64,000 nucleotides of DNA from Oscillospiraceae bacterium. GTDB taxonomy: Bacteria > Bacillota > Clostridia > Oscillospirales > Ruminococcaceae. The stretch is taken from NCBI GenBank assembly GCA_051882575.1, contig JBJESB010000092.1, positions 23,421-87,420 on the forward strand. Direction: 5' to 3'. Below the pieces are notes generated by a model. The model saw only the letters and a list, made by a program, of their open reading frames with translations. It had not been told where the DNA came from and did not search any database. The translations under genes and the position numbers were made by a program. This document shows positions 7,035 through 16,814 of this stretch, piece by piece. How positions within the stretch are numbered: position 1 is the stretch's first letter; every line of letters starts with the position of its first letter.

Positions 7035-9587
7035 TTAACCTCCGATTATCTCGCGTATTGTTTTCTCAACCAGCTTAACCTCGTCATAAAACTCGCTTGC
7101 GGAAACTCGCAGCGCACCGCTTCCCATAATAATAATTTGCTCAATATTATCTGATGTTGCAACGCGAACACGATATTTTTTTGAGAGGTCATGCGCAGTC
7201 TTTTCAATGTACATATCAGCGGTTTCCGCTTCTTTTGTATATACCACCGTGATATTTTGCTCCTTTTCGATTTCCCTGTGATTTCCTTTCACCTTGTAGG
7301 CGTCAAATACAAGAATGAGATTGCACTGCCTGAATCCCTGATAGTTGCACAGAATATTTATCAGCCGATTTCTCGCGGCATCCAAGCCGGACTTTGCAAG
7401 CTCTTTCAGCTCATCCCATGCAAATATGATATTGTAGCCGTCAACAAGCAGGTATTCCGGACCTGTTAGGATAGGCACACATTTTGGAATCTTGTGTGAT
7501 TCAGCTTGCTTTTCCCGACGCATTGCCGCATGGGGGTCGCGATTGATTTTACCGTAGGTTCGCTCAAAAATTGCCATAAGCTCATTATCATCGGCGATTC
7601 TCTGCTTATAGCTTGAGATTCTTTCGGGAGTAACAGGCGAGCTTTCGGTTTCCGATACATCAGAGCCAAAGCTGATACCGGGGTCTGTGTGCATTCGCTG
7701 ACGTGCAACGTCCCATTTAACAAGCTCACCCGAGCCGTGAGAACAGAATACGCTGTCAGCAGAGTTTTCGGTGTCCGAGTCGCAGTCGTAACCTATTGCA
7801 GCAATAACCTTATCTGTTTCGTGACACGGAAAAAATCCGCACGGGGTGCAGTTCAGACGACCCTTGCCCTTTGTATAACCAAGCATCTCCGACTGATACC
7901 CGCGAAACTCCGAAACAGGAACCTTACCGTTAATTATCGCAGTTTCCATCCCCTCGGGCTGTGAAAATTCCGCGCCCATTCGCTGTAAGTCGGTCATTGC
8001 TCTGCCAACATTTTCCGCGGGTATTTCCAGCGTGAAGCTGTACCACGGCTCTAACAGTACCGATTCGGCGCTGCGAAGTCCTTGCCTTACAGCTCGATAC
8101 GTTGCCTGTCGAAAATCGCCGCCCTCGGTATGCTTAAGATGTGCTTTTCCGGCAACGAGTGTGATTTTCATATCGGTTATCGGTGAGCCCGTGAGCACTC
8201 CGATATGTGTCTTTTCCTCTAGATGAGTCAGAATCAATCTCTGCCAGTTCCTGTCAAGCTTGTCCTCGCTGACATCAGACGAAAAATGCAAGCCTGTGCC
8301 ACGCTCGGCGGGCTCCATCAGCAGCTGTACCTCGGCGTAGTGTCTTAACGGCTCATAGTGGCCCGCGCCGATTACAGGCGCCTCAATGGTTTCCTTATAT
8401 GCAATACTGCCGCTGTCAAATTCTACATCAAGCGCAAAGCGCTCCTTGATAATGGTTTTCAGCACCTCAAGCTGAATGTCGCCCATAAGACTTACAGTTA
8501 TCTCGCGCAAACGAGAATTCCATGTAATATGAAGCTGCGGGTCTTCCTCCTCAAGCGTTCTGAACTGTTCCAGCACAGTGTGCTCGTCCGCTCCCTGCGG
8601 TAGAATTACACGATAGCTTAGTACCGGCTCAAGTACGGGTGAAGAGGCGTCCTTTTCTGCTCCCAGACACTCTCCCGCAAATGATTTTGTAAGACCGGTA
8701 ACAGCGCAGATTGTCCCGGCGGGCGCTTCTTCGGTAAGTCGGTATTTCATACCCGAGTATATTCGTATCTGATTCACTTTTTCGGATAATCCGCCCGCAT
8801 CAATAAGCGATTTTACCTTCAGCGTTCCGCCTGTGACCTTCAGATGAGTAAGTCTTGCGCCTTGCTCATCCTGTGTAATTTTGAAAATTTTTGCCGCAAA
8901 TTCATTATAATACTGTCTTGATGAGGAATAAGCACAGATAAGCGAAATCAGCTCGTCAATGCCGTTGATTTTAAGTGCAGAGCCGAATAGGCAGGGAAAT
9001 ACGGTTCTCTTTCGCACAGCCCTCGAAATAATATCATCGGAGATTTTCCCACTATCAAGGAACGCATTCATTGCATCCTCGTCGCACTCGGCGATTCTTT
9101 CCTCCAACGTCTCTTTGTCCGAAAAATCAATACAGCCCGCCGAAAGCCGCTTTTTTAATTCATTCAGCAGGCTTTCCTTGCCGAGGTACGAGATATCCAT
9201 TTTGTTTACAAAAATAAAGGTTGGAATATCATAACGCGCAAGCAATCTCCACAGCGTTTCGGTATGGCTTTGCACACCGTCTGTTCCGCTGATTACAAGT
9301 ACTGCCGCATCCAGCACATTAAGGGTGCGCTCCGTTTCAGCTGAAAAATCAACGTGACCCGGAGTATCAAGCAGCGTAAGCTCTGTATCACCCAGATTGA
9401 TTATTGCTTGCTTTGAGAATATTGTGATACCGCGGTTTCGTTCAATGCTGTTGGTATCAAGAAAGGCGTCGGCATGGTCAACTCTGCCCGGTTTTCGGAT
9501 GGTGCCGGTGCGGAAAAGCAAGGCTTCTGAAAGTGTTGTTTTTCCTGCGTCAACATGAGCAACCATTCCCAGAGCAATTCGTTTCAT
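7035..9587 (-). CDS. TetM/EF-G-like translational GTPase with C-terminal NYN (YacP/Rae1-like) nuclease domain
   Basis: AHVDAGKTT, RGITI, DTPGH, NKMD; C-terminal VDGYNII...LVFDAY...ETADMYIE...VATSD. Confidence 0.88.
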   Translation of the reverse strand: MKRIALGMVAHVDAGKTTLSEALLFRTGTIRKPGRVDHADAFLDTNSIERNRGITIFSKQAIINLGDTELTLLDTPGHVDFSAETERTLNVLDAAVLVISGTDGVQSHTETLWRLLARYDIPTFIFVNKMDISYLGKESLLNELKKRLSAGCIDFSDKETLEERIAECDEDAMNAFLDSGKISDDIISRAVRKRTVFPCLFGSALKINGIDELISLICAYSSSRQYYNEFAAKIFKITQDEQGARLTHLKVTGGTLKVKSLIDAGGLSEKVNQIRIYSGMKYRLTEEAPAGTICAVTGLTKSFAGECLGAEKDASSPVLEPVLSYRVILPQGADEHTVLEQFRTLEEEDPQLHITWNSRLREITVSLMGDIQLEVLKTIIKERFALDVEFDSGSIAYKETIEAPVIGAGHYEPLRHYAEVQLLMEPAERGTGLHFSSDVSEDKLDRNWQRLILTHLEEKTHIGVLTGSPITDMKITLVAGKAHLKHTEGGDFRQATYRAVRQGLRSAESVLLEPWYSFTLEIPAENVGRAMTDLQRMGAEFSQPEGMETAIINGKVPVSEFRGYQSEMLGYTKGKGRLNCTPCGFFPCHETDKVIAAIGYDCDSDTENSADSVFCSHGSGELVKWDVARQRMHTDPGISFGSDVSETESSPVTPERISSYKQRIADDNELMAIFERTYGKINRDPHAAMRREKQAESHKIPKCVPILTGPEYLLVDGYNIIFAWDELKELAKSGLDAARNRLINILCNYQGFRQCNLILVFDAYKVKGNHREIEKEQNITVVYTKEAETADMYIEKTAHDLSKKYRVRVATSDNIEQIIIMGSGALRVSASEFYDEVKLVEKTIREIIGG

Positions 9588-9699
9588 TACTATCAGTCCG
9601 TTTCATAATCAAAATTCATATACTATTTTAGCATAAACCTCTGTTTTTTGCAACTTAATAATAAATTTAGTCAAAATGATAAAAAAGTTGAAAACCTAC

Positions 9700-9728
9700 T
9701 TGAAAAAATGATATATATGTGATAAAAT
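9700..9728 (+). promoter_or_regulatory. SigA-type promoter upstream of glgA
   Basis: TTGAAA-17-TAAAAT with TG extension. Confidence 0.55.
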
Positions 9729-9848
9729 ATACACAAGGCAACGAAACTATGCTGACGTTACGCTCACCGTTTGATTGTAAGACTATTACAAAACGCGGAG
9801 GCTCGCGAAGCCGGTTCGCTAACCAAACTATTTCGGAGGATTATTTCT

Positions 9849-11270
9849 ATGAGAATTCTTTACGCAGCCAGCGAAGCATTACCCTTTGCCGCATCGGGCG
9901 GACTTGCAGATGTTGCGGGCTCTCTGCCCAAGGCACTCTGCGATGCAGGCCATGAGGCTTGTGTTGTTATGCCTTATTATGTAAATTCGTTTAAGCCCGA
10001 GCAGAAGGAGAAGCTGAATTACATCACAAACTTCACAGTACCTGTCGGATGGCGTCACCAGTATTGCGGTTTGTTTTCGCAGCAGGTTAACGGCGTTACA
10101 TATTTCTTCATTGATAACGAGTATTATTTCAAGCGCGACAACGGTCTTTACGGCTATTATGACGATGCTGAAAGATATGTTTTCTTCAGCCGCGCTGTGC
10201 TTGAAATGCTCAAATACATTCAGTTCAAGCCGCAGATTATCAACTCTAACGACTGGCAGTGTGCGCTTATCCCTGTGTATTATAACCTGTTCTATAAGAA
10301 TGTATGGGGTTATGAGAATATCAAGCACGTATTTACAATACACAATATCGGTTATCAGGGACAGTATGGTCTTGACCTTGTAAGGGATATTGTCGGTATT
10401 CCTCCGCAGAATGTAAATATTATCGAATACGATGGCGATATCAACTTTATGAAGGGCGCTATCGAGGTTTCGGATAAGGTTACAACCGTTTCTCCCACTT
10501 ACGCAAAGGAGATTCTTAACCCGTGGTTCTCGCATGGTCTTGACAGAATCCTTGTTAACAAGCAGTATAAGACCTGCGGCTTCCTCAACGGTATTGATAC
10601 TGTGCTTTATAATCCCGAAACCGACCCGAACATTGCCGCAAAATTCAGCGCAAGAAATCACAAGGGCAAGGCTGCCTGCAAGAGTGCGCTGTTTGAGGAG
10701 TTCGGTATGCCCGAGTACAACATCCCTCTGCTTGTAATGATTTCCCGCTTTGCCGACCACAAGGGCTTTGACCTTGTAAGAGCTGTATTCGACGAAATCA
10801 TAGCAACCGATATGCAGGTAATGATTCTCGGCTCGGGTGAAAAGCAGTATGAGGATTTCTTCCAGAATATGCACTGGAGATATCCCGATAAGGTTGGTTT
10901 CTACCGCGGATATAATCCGCAGCTTGCAAAACGTCTTTATGCAGGCGCTGATATGTTCCTTATGCCCAGTAAGAGTGAGCCGTGCGGACTTGCGCAGATG
11001 ATTGCTGCGCGCTACGGAACAGTTCCGATTGTACGCGCAACAGGCGGTCTTAAGGACAGCATTATCGACTACGGCGACGACGGAATCGGCTTCACATTCC
11101 AGAGCTACAATGCACACGATATGCTGAATGCAATTCGTCGTGCAAAGGGCGTATACGATAACAAGTCCGAGTGGAGCAAGCTGGTTACCAGAGCAATGAA
11201 GGCAGACTTCACATGGGACACTTCGGCTAAACTGTATATTGGCTTGTATAAAGAGCTTTGCGGTGAGTAA
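9849..11270 (+). CDS. glgA: Glycogen synthase
   Basis: MRILYAASE...SGGLADV, TIHNIGYQG, NGID, MPSKSEPCGL, TGGL; start set at the ATG after GGAGG. Confidence 0.93.
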   Translation: MRILYAASEALPFAASGGLADVAGSLPKALCDAGHEACVVMPYYVNSFKPEQKEKLNYITNFTVPVGWRHQYCGLFSQQVNGVTYFFIDNEYYFKRDNGLYGYYDDAERYVFFSRAVLEMLKYIQFKPQIINSNDWQCALIPVYYNLFYKNVWGYENIKHVFTIHNIGYQGQYGLDLVRDIVGIPPQNVNIIEYDGDINFMKGAIEVSDKVTTVSPTYAKEILNPWFSHGLDRILVNKQYKTCGFLNGIDTVLYNPETDPNIAAKFSARNHKGKAACKSALFEEFGMPEYNIPLLVMISRFADHKGFDLVRAVFDEIIATDMQVMILGSGEKQYEDFFQNMHWRYPDKVGFYRGYNPQLAKRLYAGADMFLMPSKSEPCGLAQMIAARYGTVPIVRATGGLKDSIIDYGDDGIGFTFQSYNAHDMLNAIRRAKGVYDNKSEWSKLVTRAMKADFTWDTSAKLYIGLYKELCGE

Positions 11271-11280
11271 TCAATAATTT

Positions 11281-11319
11281 TATGCCGAAGCTGCGCTTAT
11301 CCGACACAGCTTCGGCGTA
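11281..11319 (+). terminator. Hairpin after glgA
   Basis: TATGCCGAAGCTG/CAGCTTCGGCGTA stem. Confidence 0.5.
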
Positions 11320-11343
11320 TTTGTGCATAAGCGAGGTGTTTTG

Positions 11344-12147
11344 GTGGCACTGAAATATCCGATTCTCCTTGTTCATGGGATGGGCTTTCGCGACGGCAAG
11401 CTGTTCAATTACTGGGGCAGGATTCCAAAATATTTGGAGGAATGCGGCTGTAAGATATTTTACGGCTTTCAGGACAGCAACGGAACGATTGAGAATAATG
11501 CGGCTTTTTTGAAACAGCGTATTGAAGAAATACTGGAAAACACCGGCGCTGAAAAGCTGAACGTTATTGCGCATTCCAAGGGTGGGCTTGATATGCGATA
11601 TGCACTTTCGGTACTGAATGCTCGGGGCATTGCCTCGCTCACCACCGTTCAGACACCTCACCATGGCTCAAAAACAATGGACGCAGTTTGCAGATTGCCT
11701 GCGCCGATTCTTAAATTTGCAGGCTTGTGTACCGATATTTGCCTGAAGCTTCAAGGCGATAAAAGACCGGAGGGTTATAAGGTTTTTCTGTCATTTTCGG
11801 CAAAAAACGCAGAGATTTTCAATAAAAAAGTACCTGACAGAGAAGATGTGTATTATCAGAGCTACGCTTTCGCTATGAAAAATCCGTTCAGCGATGTTTT
11901 TATGATGTTCACTAACATTATCGTGAGCATATTTGATGGTCAAAATGACGGCTTGCTTTCTCCCGCGTCTGCTATGTGGGGTGATTTTCGCGGTACTTTT
12001 ATGGGCAATTCGCTGCGCGGAATATCGCATTGCGATGAAGTTGATATGTACCGCTTCAGGCTAACACGCAAAAAAGGAAACGGAATCTCTGACATAACGG
12101 AGATTTACGGCGATATAATCACGCAGCTTGAGAGAAAAGGATTTTGA
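11344..12147 (+). CDS. Alpha/beta hydrolase (triacylglycerol lipase-like)
   Basis: YPILLVHG, nucleophile elbow AHSKGG, TPHHGS, NDGL, SH. Confidence 0.85.
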   Translation: MALKYPILLVHGMGFRDGKLFNYWGRIPKYLEECGCKIFYGFQDSNGTIENNAAFLKQRIEEILENTGAEKLNVIAHSKGGLDMRYALSVLNARGIASLTTVQTPHHGSKTMDAVCRLPAPILKFAGLCTDICLKLQGDKRPEGYKVFLSFSAKNAEIFNKKVPDREDVYYQSYAFAMKNPFSDVFMMFTNIIVSIFDGQNDGLLSPASAMWGDFRGTFMGNSLRGISHCDEVDMYRFRLTRKKGNGISDITEIYGDIITQLERKGF

Positions 12148-12231
12148 GGGATTATTTTGCCTTACGGCGAATAGTATAATGGTTCAAAATTCTGCGCCCG
12201 TTGTGCAGGGCTTTTGTGTTGGAGGGGAAGC

Positions 12232-12723
12232 ATGGAAATTTGGGACGGCTATACTGCTGACAGAGCATTGGCAGGTGTAGATATGGTTCGAGAGCGAGAG
12301 TGTGAATACCCTAAATGGCTGTACCACATAGTAGCTGATGTTGTGGTACACCATGCAGACGGAACATATCTTGCAATGCAGCGTGATTTCAATAAAATCG
12401 GTTATCCCGGCGAGTGGGAGCTTGGCGCGGGAGGTTCTGTTGTCAAAGGCGAAACTCCCAATGACGGCGCACTGCGCGAGCTGTATGAGGAAACAGGAAT
12501 CATAGCCGAATCGTTGATTTTGGCTGATGTAGTTACCAAAGAATATGAAAACGGTTGCAATACACATTATTATGTCTATATCTGTGAAACAGACATGGAT
12601 AAAAGCAAAATAACCTTACAGAAAGGCGAAACGATTGCATTTAGGTGGGTTACCGCAGATGAAATCCGAAAAGGGGATTATATTCACGACAGAAAATATA
12701 ATGTAATTCTTGAGCAAAAATAG
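12232..12723 (+). CDS. NUDIX hydrolase
   Basis: Nudix box [23 protein letters not shown]. Confidence 0.88.
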   Translation: MEIWDGYTADRALAGVDMVRERECEYPKWLYHIVADVVVHHADGTYLAMQRDFNKIGYPGEWELGAGGSVVKGETPNDGALRELYEETGIIAESLILADVVTKEYENGCNTHYYVYICETDMDKSKITLQKGETIAFRWVTADEIRKGDYIHDRKYNVILEQK

Positions 12724-12750
12724 TTTTTTTCTGCCCGACCCGAAATCCTC

Positions 12751-12801
12751 TTGACAAAACAACGATTTTGTATTAAACTTTATTATGTAAAAACGTTTTC
12801 A
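12751..12801 (+). promoter_or_regulatory. xylB promoter and LacI/CcpA-type operator
   Basis: TTGACA-17-TAAACT, followed by near-palindrome TAAAAACGTTTTCA (12788-12801). Confidence 0.6.
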
Positions 12802-12822
12802 TTATATAAAGGAGAGAAATTT

Positions 12823-14346
12823 ATGGCATACATTTTAGGCGTTGATATCGGAACCTCCGGCACAAAAACAGTGCTCTTCTGCGAGGACGGCAATCCCGTT
12901 GCTTCTGCAACCTACGAGTACCCGCTCTATACCCCGCAGAACGGTTACGCAGAGCAGGAGCCGCTTGATTGGTGGAACGCTTCGGTAAACGGAATCAAGG
13001 ATGTACTTGAGCAGAGCGGCGTAAATCCCGAGGACATCAAGGGCGTGGGACTTTCGGGACAGATGCACGGACTTGTTATGCTGGACGCAGAGAACAAGCC
13101 TATTCGCAAGAGCATAATCTGGTGCGACCAGCGTACGTCGAAGGAAGTTGTGGAAATCACCGAGAAGGTTGGCGCAGACAGGCTGATTGAAATTACCGCA
13201 AATCCTGCAATCACCGGATTTACCGCTGCAAAAATCATGTGGGTGAAGAACAACGAGCCGCAGAATTACGAGCGCTGCAAGCATATTCTTCTGCCTAAGG
13301 ATTACATCCGCTTTATGCTTACGGGCGAGTACGCAACCGAGGTTTCCGACGCAAGCGGAATGCAGCTTCTTGACATTCCGAAGCGCGATTGGTCTGATGA
13401 GGTTCTTACAAAGCTTGGAATTGACAAGGCGCTTCTTGCAAAGGTCTACGAATCACCCGAAATCACGGGAACAATCACCAAAAAGGCAGCAGAGCTGACA
13501 GGTCTTAAAGAGGGCACTCCTGTTGTCGGCGGCGCGGGCGATAATGCTGCGGCGGCTGTGGGAACGGGTGTTGTCGAGGACGGCAAGGCGTTCACTACAA
13601 TTGGCTCAAGCGGCGTAGTGTTCGCTCATACATCCGATATTGCGATTGATAAAAAGGGCAGAGTTCACACGTTCTGCTGTGCTGTTCCCGGCTGCTGGCA
13701 CGTAATGGGAGTTACACAATCCGCAGGACTTTCGCTGAAATGGTTCAGAGATAATTTTGCGTGGGCTGAAATGGAAACAGCAGTAAATATGGGCGTTGAC
13801 CCCTATTATCTTATGGATAAGGAAGCGGGCAGTGTGCCTATTGGTGCAAACAGGCTGCTTTATATGCCTTACCTCAACGGCGAAAGAACTCCGCACCTTG
13901 ACCCTAACGCAAGAGGCGTATTCTTCGGACTTTCCACCATGCACAAGAAAAAGGATATGCTCCGCGCGGTAATGGAGGGCGTTTCATACTCTCTGCGTGA
14001 CTGTGTTGAGGTTATGCGTGAAATGGATATCAATGTAAGCGATATGATGGCATGCGGCGGCGGCGGTACTTCTCCGCTGTGGCGTCAGATGCTTGCTGAC
14101 CTTTATGGCTGTCCCGTTAAGACCACACTTAATAAGGAAGGTCCTGCGCTTGGCGTTGCGCTGCTTGCAGCAGTAGGCGCCGGGATTTACAGCAGCGTAC
14201 CCGAGGCTTGCCGCGCAGTAATTAAGCCCGAGAAGATACAGGAGCCTGTTGCTGAAAATACAAGACAGTACGATAAGGTTTATGAGATGTACCGCAAGCT
14301 GTATCCAGCAATGAAACAGACATTTGCCGAACTTGCTGAACTTTAA
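12823..14346 (+). CDS. xylB: Xylulokinase (FGGY family)
   Basis: GVDIGTSGTK, GLSGQMHG, WCDQRT, LLPKDY, PYLNGERTPH, RAVMEGV. Confidence 0.88.
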   Translation: MAYILGVDIGTSGTKTVLFCEDGNPVASATYEYPLYTPQNGYAEQEPLDWWNASVNGIKDVLEQSGVNPEDIKGVGLSGQMHGLVMLDAENKPIRKSIIWCDQRTSKEVVEITEKVGADRLIEITANPAITGFTAAKIMWVKNNEPQNYERCKHILLPKDYIRFMLTGEYATEVSDASGMQLLDIPKRDWSDEVLTKLGIDKALLAKVYESPEITGTITKKAAELTGLKEGTPVVGGAGDNAAAAVGTGVVEDGKAFTTIGSSGVVFAHTSDIAIDKKGRVHTFCCAVPGCWHVMGVTQSAGLSLKWFRDNFAWAEMETAVNMGVDPYYLMDKEAGSVPIGANRLLYMPYLNGERTPHLDPNARGVFFGLSTMHKKKDMLRAVMEGVSYSLRDCVEVMREMDINVSDMMACGGGGTSPLWRQMLADLYGCPVKTTLNKEGPALGVALLAAVGAGIYSSVPEACRAVIKPEKIQEPVAENTRQYDKVYEMYRKLYPAMKQTFAELAEL

Positions 14347-14353
14347 GAATATT

Positions 14354-14386
14354 GCCCCTGCGTGGCTCTACCGTGCAGGGGCTTTT
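14354..14386 (+). terminator. Intrinsic terminator after xylB
   Basis: GCCCCTGC/GCAGGGGC stem plus TTTT. Confidence 0.6.
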
Positions 14387-14407
14387 GATGTACAAGGAGG
14401 AATGAAT

Positions 14408-15403
14408 ATGTACACACCGAATGAACATAGATATGATAAAATGATATATAACCGCTGCGGCAGAAGCGGTCTCAAGCTGCCTGCAGTTTCGCTTGGATTG
14501 TGGCAGAATTTTGGCTATCTTGACAATTTCGCAAACATGGAAAATATGTGCCATACTGCATTTGACCTCGGAATAACTCATTTCGACCTTGCCAATAATT
14601 ACGGTAGTCCGTATAACGGTTCTGCCGAGGAGAATTTCGGTTTGATTCTTGACCGCGGCATGAGAGCATATCGTGATGAGCTTTGTATTTCCACAAAAGC
14701 GGGGTATGATATGTGGCCCGGACCATACGGCGACAAAAACGGCTCGCGCAAATACCTGATTTCCTCGCTTGACCAATCCCTCAAACGCATGAAGCTTGAT
14801 TATGTCGATATTTTCTACCACCATGTATTCGACCCTAACACGCCGTTAGAAGAAACAGCCGTCGCACTTGACAGCATTGTAAGAGCGGGCAAAGCGCTGT
14901 ATGTAGGCATTTCAAACTACAACAAACAGCAGACGGAAGAAATTCTTTCAATATTCCGTGAGCTGAAAACGCCGTTTGTTGTAAATCAGCCTTCTTATTC
15001 CATGCTTAACCGCTGGATTGAGCGAGACGGGCTTGATGATTATGCAGTAGAGCAGGGCTTTGGACTTTCTGTTTTCTCGCCGCTGTATCAGGGCTTGCTC
15101 ACCGACAGATATCTCAACGGCGTACCTGAAGATTCCCGAATCGGCAAGGGCAGAACGTGGATTGCAAACGAGCTGAATGACGCTATGCTCTGCAAGCTTC
15201 GTAAGCTTAATGATATTGCTTCGGCGCGCGGTCAGAAGCTTTCACAGCTTGCGCTTTCTTGGGTACTTCGCAACGGTAAGGTGACTACTGTGCTTATCGG
15301 CGCTTCAAAACCCGAGCAGATTATCGAGAATGTTGAAGCTGTATATAAGACCGGCTTCACCGATGAAGAAATTTCGCAGATTGAAGCCGTTCTGGCGGAA
15401 TGA
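14408..15403 (+). CDS. Aldo/keto reductase (YghZ/Gpr-like)
   Basis: GRSGLKLPAVSLGLW, HFDLANNYG, STKAGYDMWPGPYG, SRKYLISSLDQSL. Confidence 0.9.
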   Translation: MYTPNEHRYDKMIYNRCGRSGLKLPAVSLGLWQNFGYLDNFANMENMCHTAFDLGITHFDLANNYGSPYNGSAEENFGLILDRGMRAYRDELCISTKAGYDMWPGPYGDKNGSRKYLISSLDQSLKRMKLDYVDIFYHHVFDPNTPLEETAVALDSIVRAGKALYVGISNYNKQQTEEILSIFRELKTPFVVNQPSYSMLNRWIERDGLDDYAVEQGFGLSVFSPLYQGLLTDRYLNGVPEDSRIGKGRTWIANELNDAMLCKLRKLNDIASARGQKLSQLALSWVLRNGKVTTVLIGASKPEQIIENVEAVYKTGFTDEEISQIEAVLAE

Positions 15404-15435
15404 TAACAGAATTTTTACAAGTAATTAAAAAACAC

Positions 15436-15464
15436 TTGAAAAATATACCGAATTGTGCTATAAT
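15436..15464 (+). promoter_or_regulatory. SigA promoter of hom-pyrH cluster
   Basis: TTGAAA-17-TATAAT with TG extension. Confidence 0.65.
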
Positions 15465-15530
15465 ATTTAAGATATAATTATGTATTAAAGAACGGTTCGG
15501 AGAACAGTTCCAGGAAAGGAAGAAAAAGTA

Positions 15531-16772
15531 ATGACAAAAATTGCGGTATTGGGCTACGGAGTGGTAGGTTCAGGTACGGTGGAGGTTTTCTATAAAAATA
15601 AGGAGAGCCTTGAAAGAAAAGCCGGACAGGAGCTTGATATCAAATATATTCTTGACGTAAGGGATTTTCCCGACAGCCCCTATGCGGATAAGTTTGTAAA
15701 GGATTTTGACATAATACTCAACGACCCCGAGGTAAGCGTTGTCAGCGAGGTAATCGGCGGACTTAAGCCCGCATACGATTTCGTGAAATCTTCGCTTATG
15801 GCAGGCAAGAGTGTTGTAACATCCAATAAAGAGCTTGTTGCTGCAAAGGGCGCAGAGCTTCTTGCAATTGCAAAGGAGAAGAATGTCAATTTCTTCTTTG
15901 AGGCGTCGGTCGGCGGCGGCATTCCTATCATCAAGCCGCTTCATGCCTGCCTTTCCGCAAATGAAATTGACGAGATTGCAGGCATTCTCAACGGAACAAC
16001 AAATTTCATCCTGACGAAGATGATTCGCGACGGAATGGACTTTGATTCTGCACTGAAGCTTGCTCAGCAGCTCGGTTATGCCGAGAGAAACCCCTCTGCT
16101 GATGTAGACGGTCACGACGCTTGCCGCAAGATTTGCATACTTGCTTCTCTGGCGTTCGGAAAGCATGTATACCCCGAAAGTGTCCACACCGAGGGTATCA
16201 CAAAAATCACGCTTGAGGATGTTGAGTACTGCGATACATTCGACTCCAAGATTAAGCTGATTGGCTGCGCAAAGCGTGAAGAGGGCGGCGAGATTTCCAT
16301 AGGCGTATTCCCTGCAATCATAAAGGATGAAAGCCAGCTTGCAGGCGTTAATGACGTATTTAATGCTATTCTTGTACGCGGTGATGCAACGGGTGACGTT
16401 GTGTTCTATGGCAAGGGCGCAGGCAAGCTTCCCACTGCAAGCGCTGTTGTATCGGATATTGTATCTGCTGTAAAGCATGCCGGCACCAGCCGCTCGCTGA
16501 CATGGACTGACAGCGAGCAGAGCTTTATCAGAAGCTTTGACAGATTTAACTGCGCAAGCTATGTTCGTATAAAGGCAAAGAATATTGATGTAAGCAAGGC
16601 AGTAATCAAGGCTGTATTCGGTGATGTTGAGTTCCTCTCAAGAAAGAACAGCCCTGCTGACGAGCTTGCATTTATCACGCCCGTTATGCCTGAAAAGGAA
16701 GCTCTCAGCGCAGTAGAAAAGGTTGCTGACGGAGCGGAGATACTCGGCAGAATCAGAGTTCTCGATTATTGA
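15531..16772 (+). CDS. hom: Homoserine dehydrogenase
   Basis: GYGVVGSG, VVTSNK, FEASVGGGIP, GILNGTTNFIL, GYAE.NPSADVDG, GAGKLPTASAV. Confidence 0.93.
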   Translation: MTKIAVLGYGVVGSGTVEVFYKNKESLERKAGQELDIKYILDVRDFPDSPYADKFVKDFDIILNDPEVSVVSEVIGGLKPAYDFVKSSLMAGKSVVTSNKELVAAKGAELLAIAKEKNVNFFFEASVGGGIPIIKPLHACLSANEIDEIAGILNGTTNFILTKMIRDGMDFDSALKLAQQLGYAERNPSADVDGHDACRKICILASLAFGKHVYPESVHTEGITKITLEDVEYCDTFDSKIKLIGCAKREEGGEISIGVFPAIIKDESQLAGVNDVFNAILVRGDATGDVVFYGKGAGKLPTASAVVSDIVSAVKHAGTSRSLTWTDSEQSFIRSFDRFNCASYVRIKAKNIDVSKAVIKAVFGDVEFLSRKNSPADELAFITPVMPEKEALSAVEKVADGAEILGRIRVLDY

Positions 16773-16814
16773 TTTGCTCTTAATGTAAGAAATAAACAAT
16801 ATATGGAGGTAACT

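Noticed and set aside
7035-9587. Acquired tetracycline resistance gene tet(M)/tet(W)
   Set aside because: 850 aa with an extra NYN domain, chromosomal context and no Tn916-like genes; resistance not supportable
9879-11117. 412-aa minus-strand ORF
   Set aside because: Shadow of glgA, explained by codon bias; no motifs
15570-16478. 302-aa minus-strand ORF
   Set aside because: Shadow of hom
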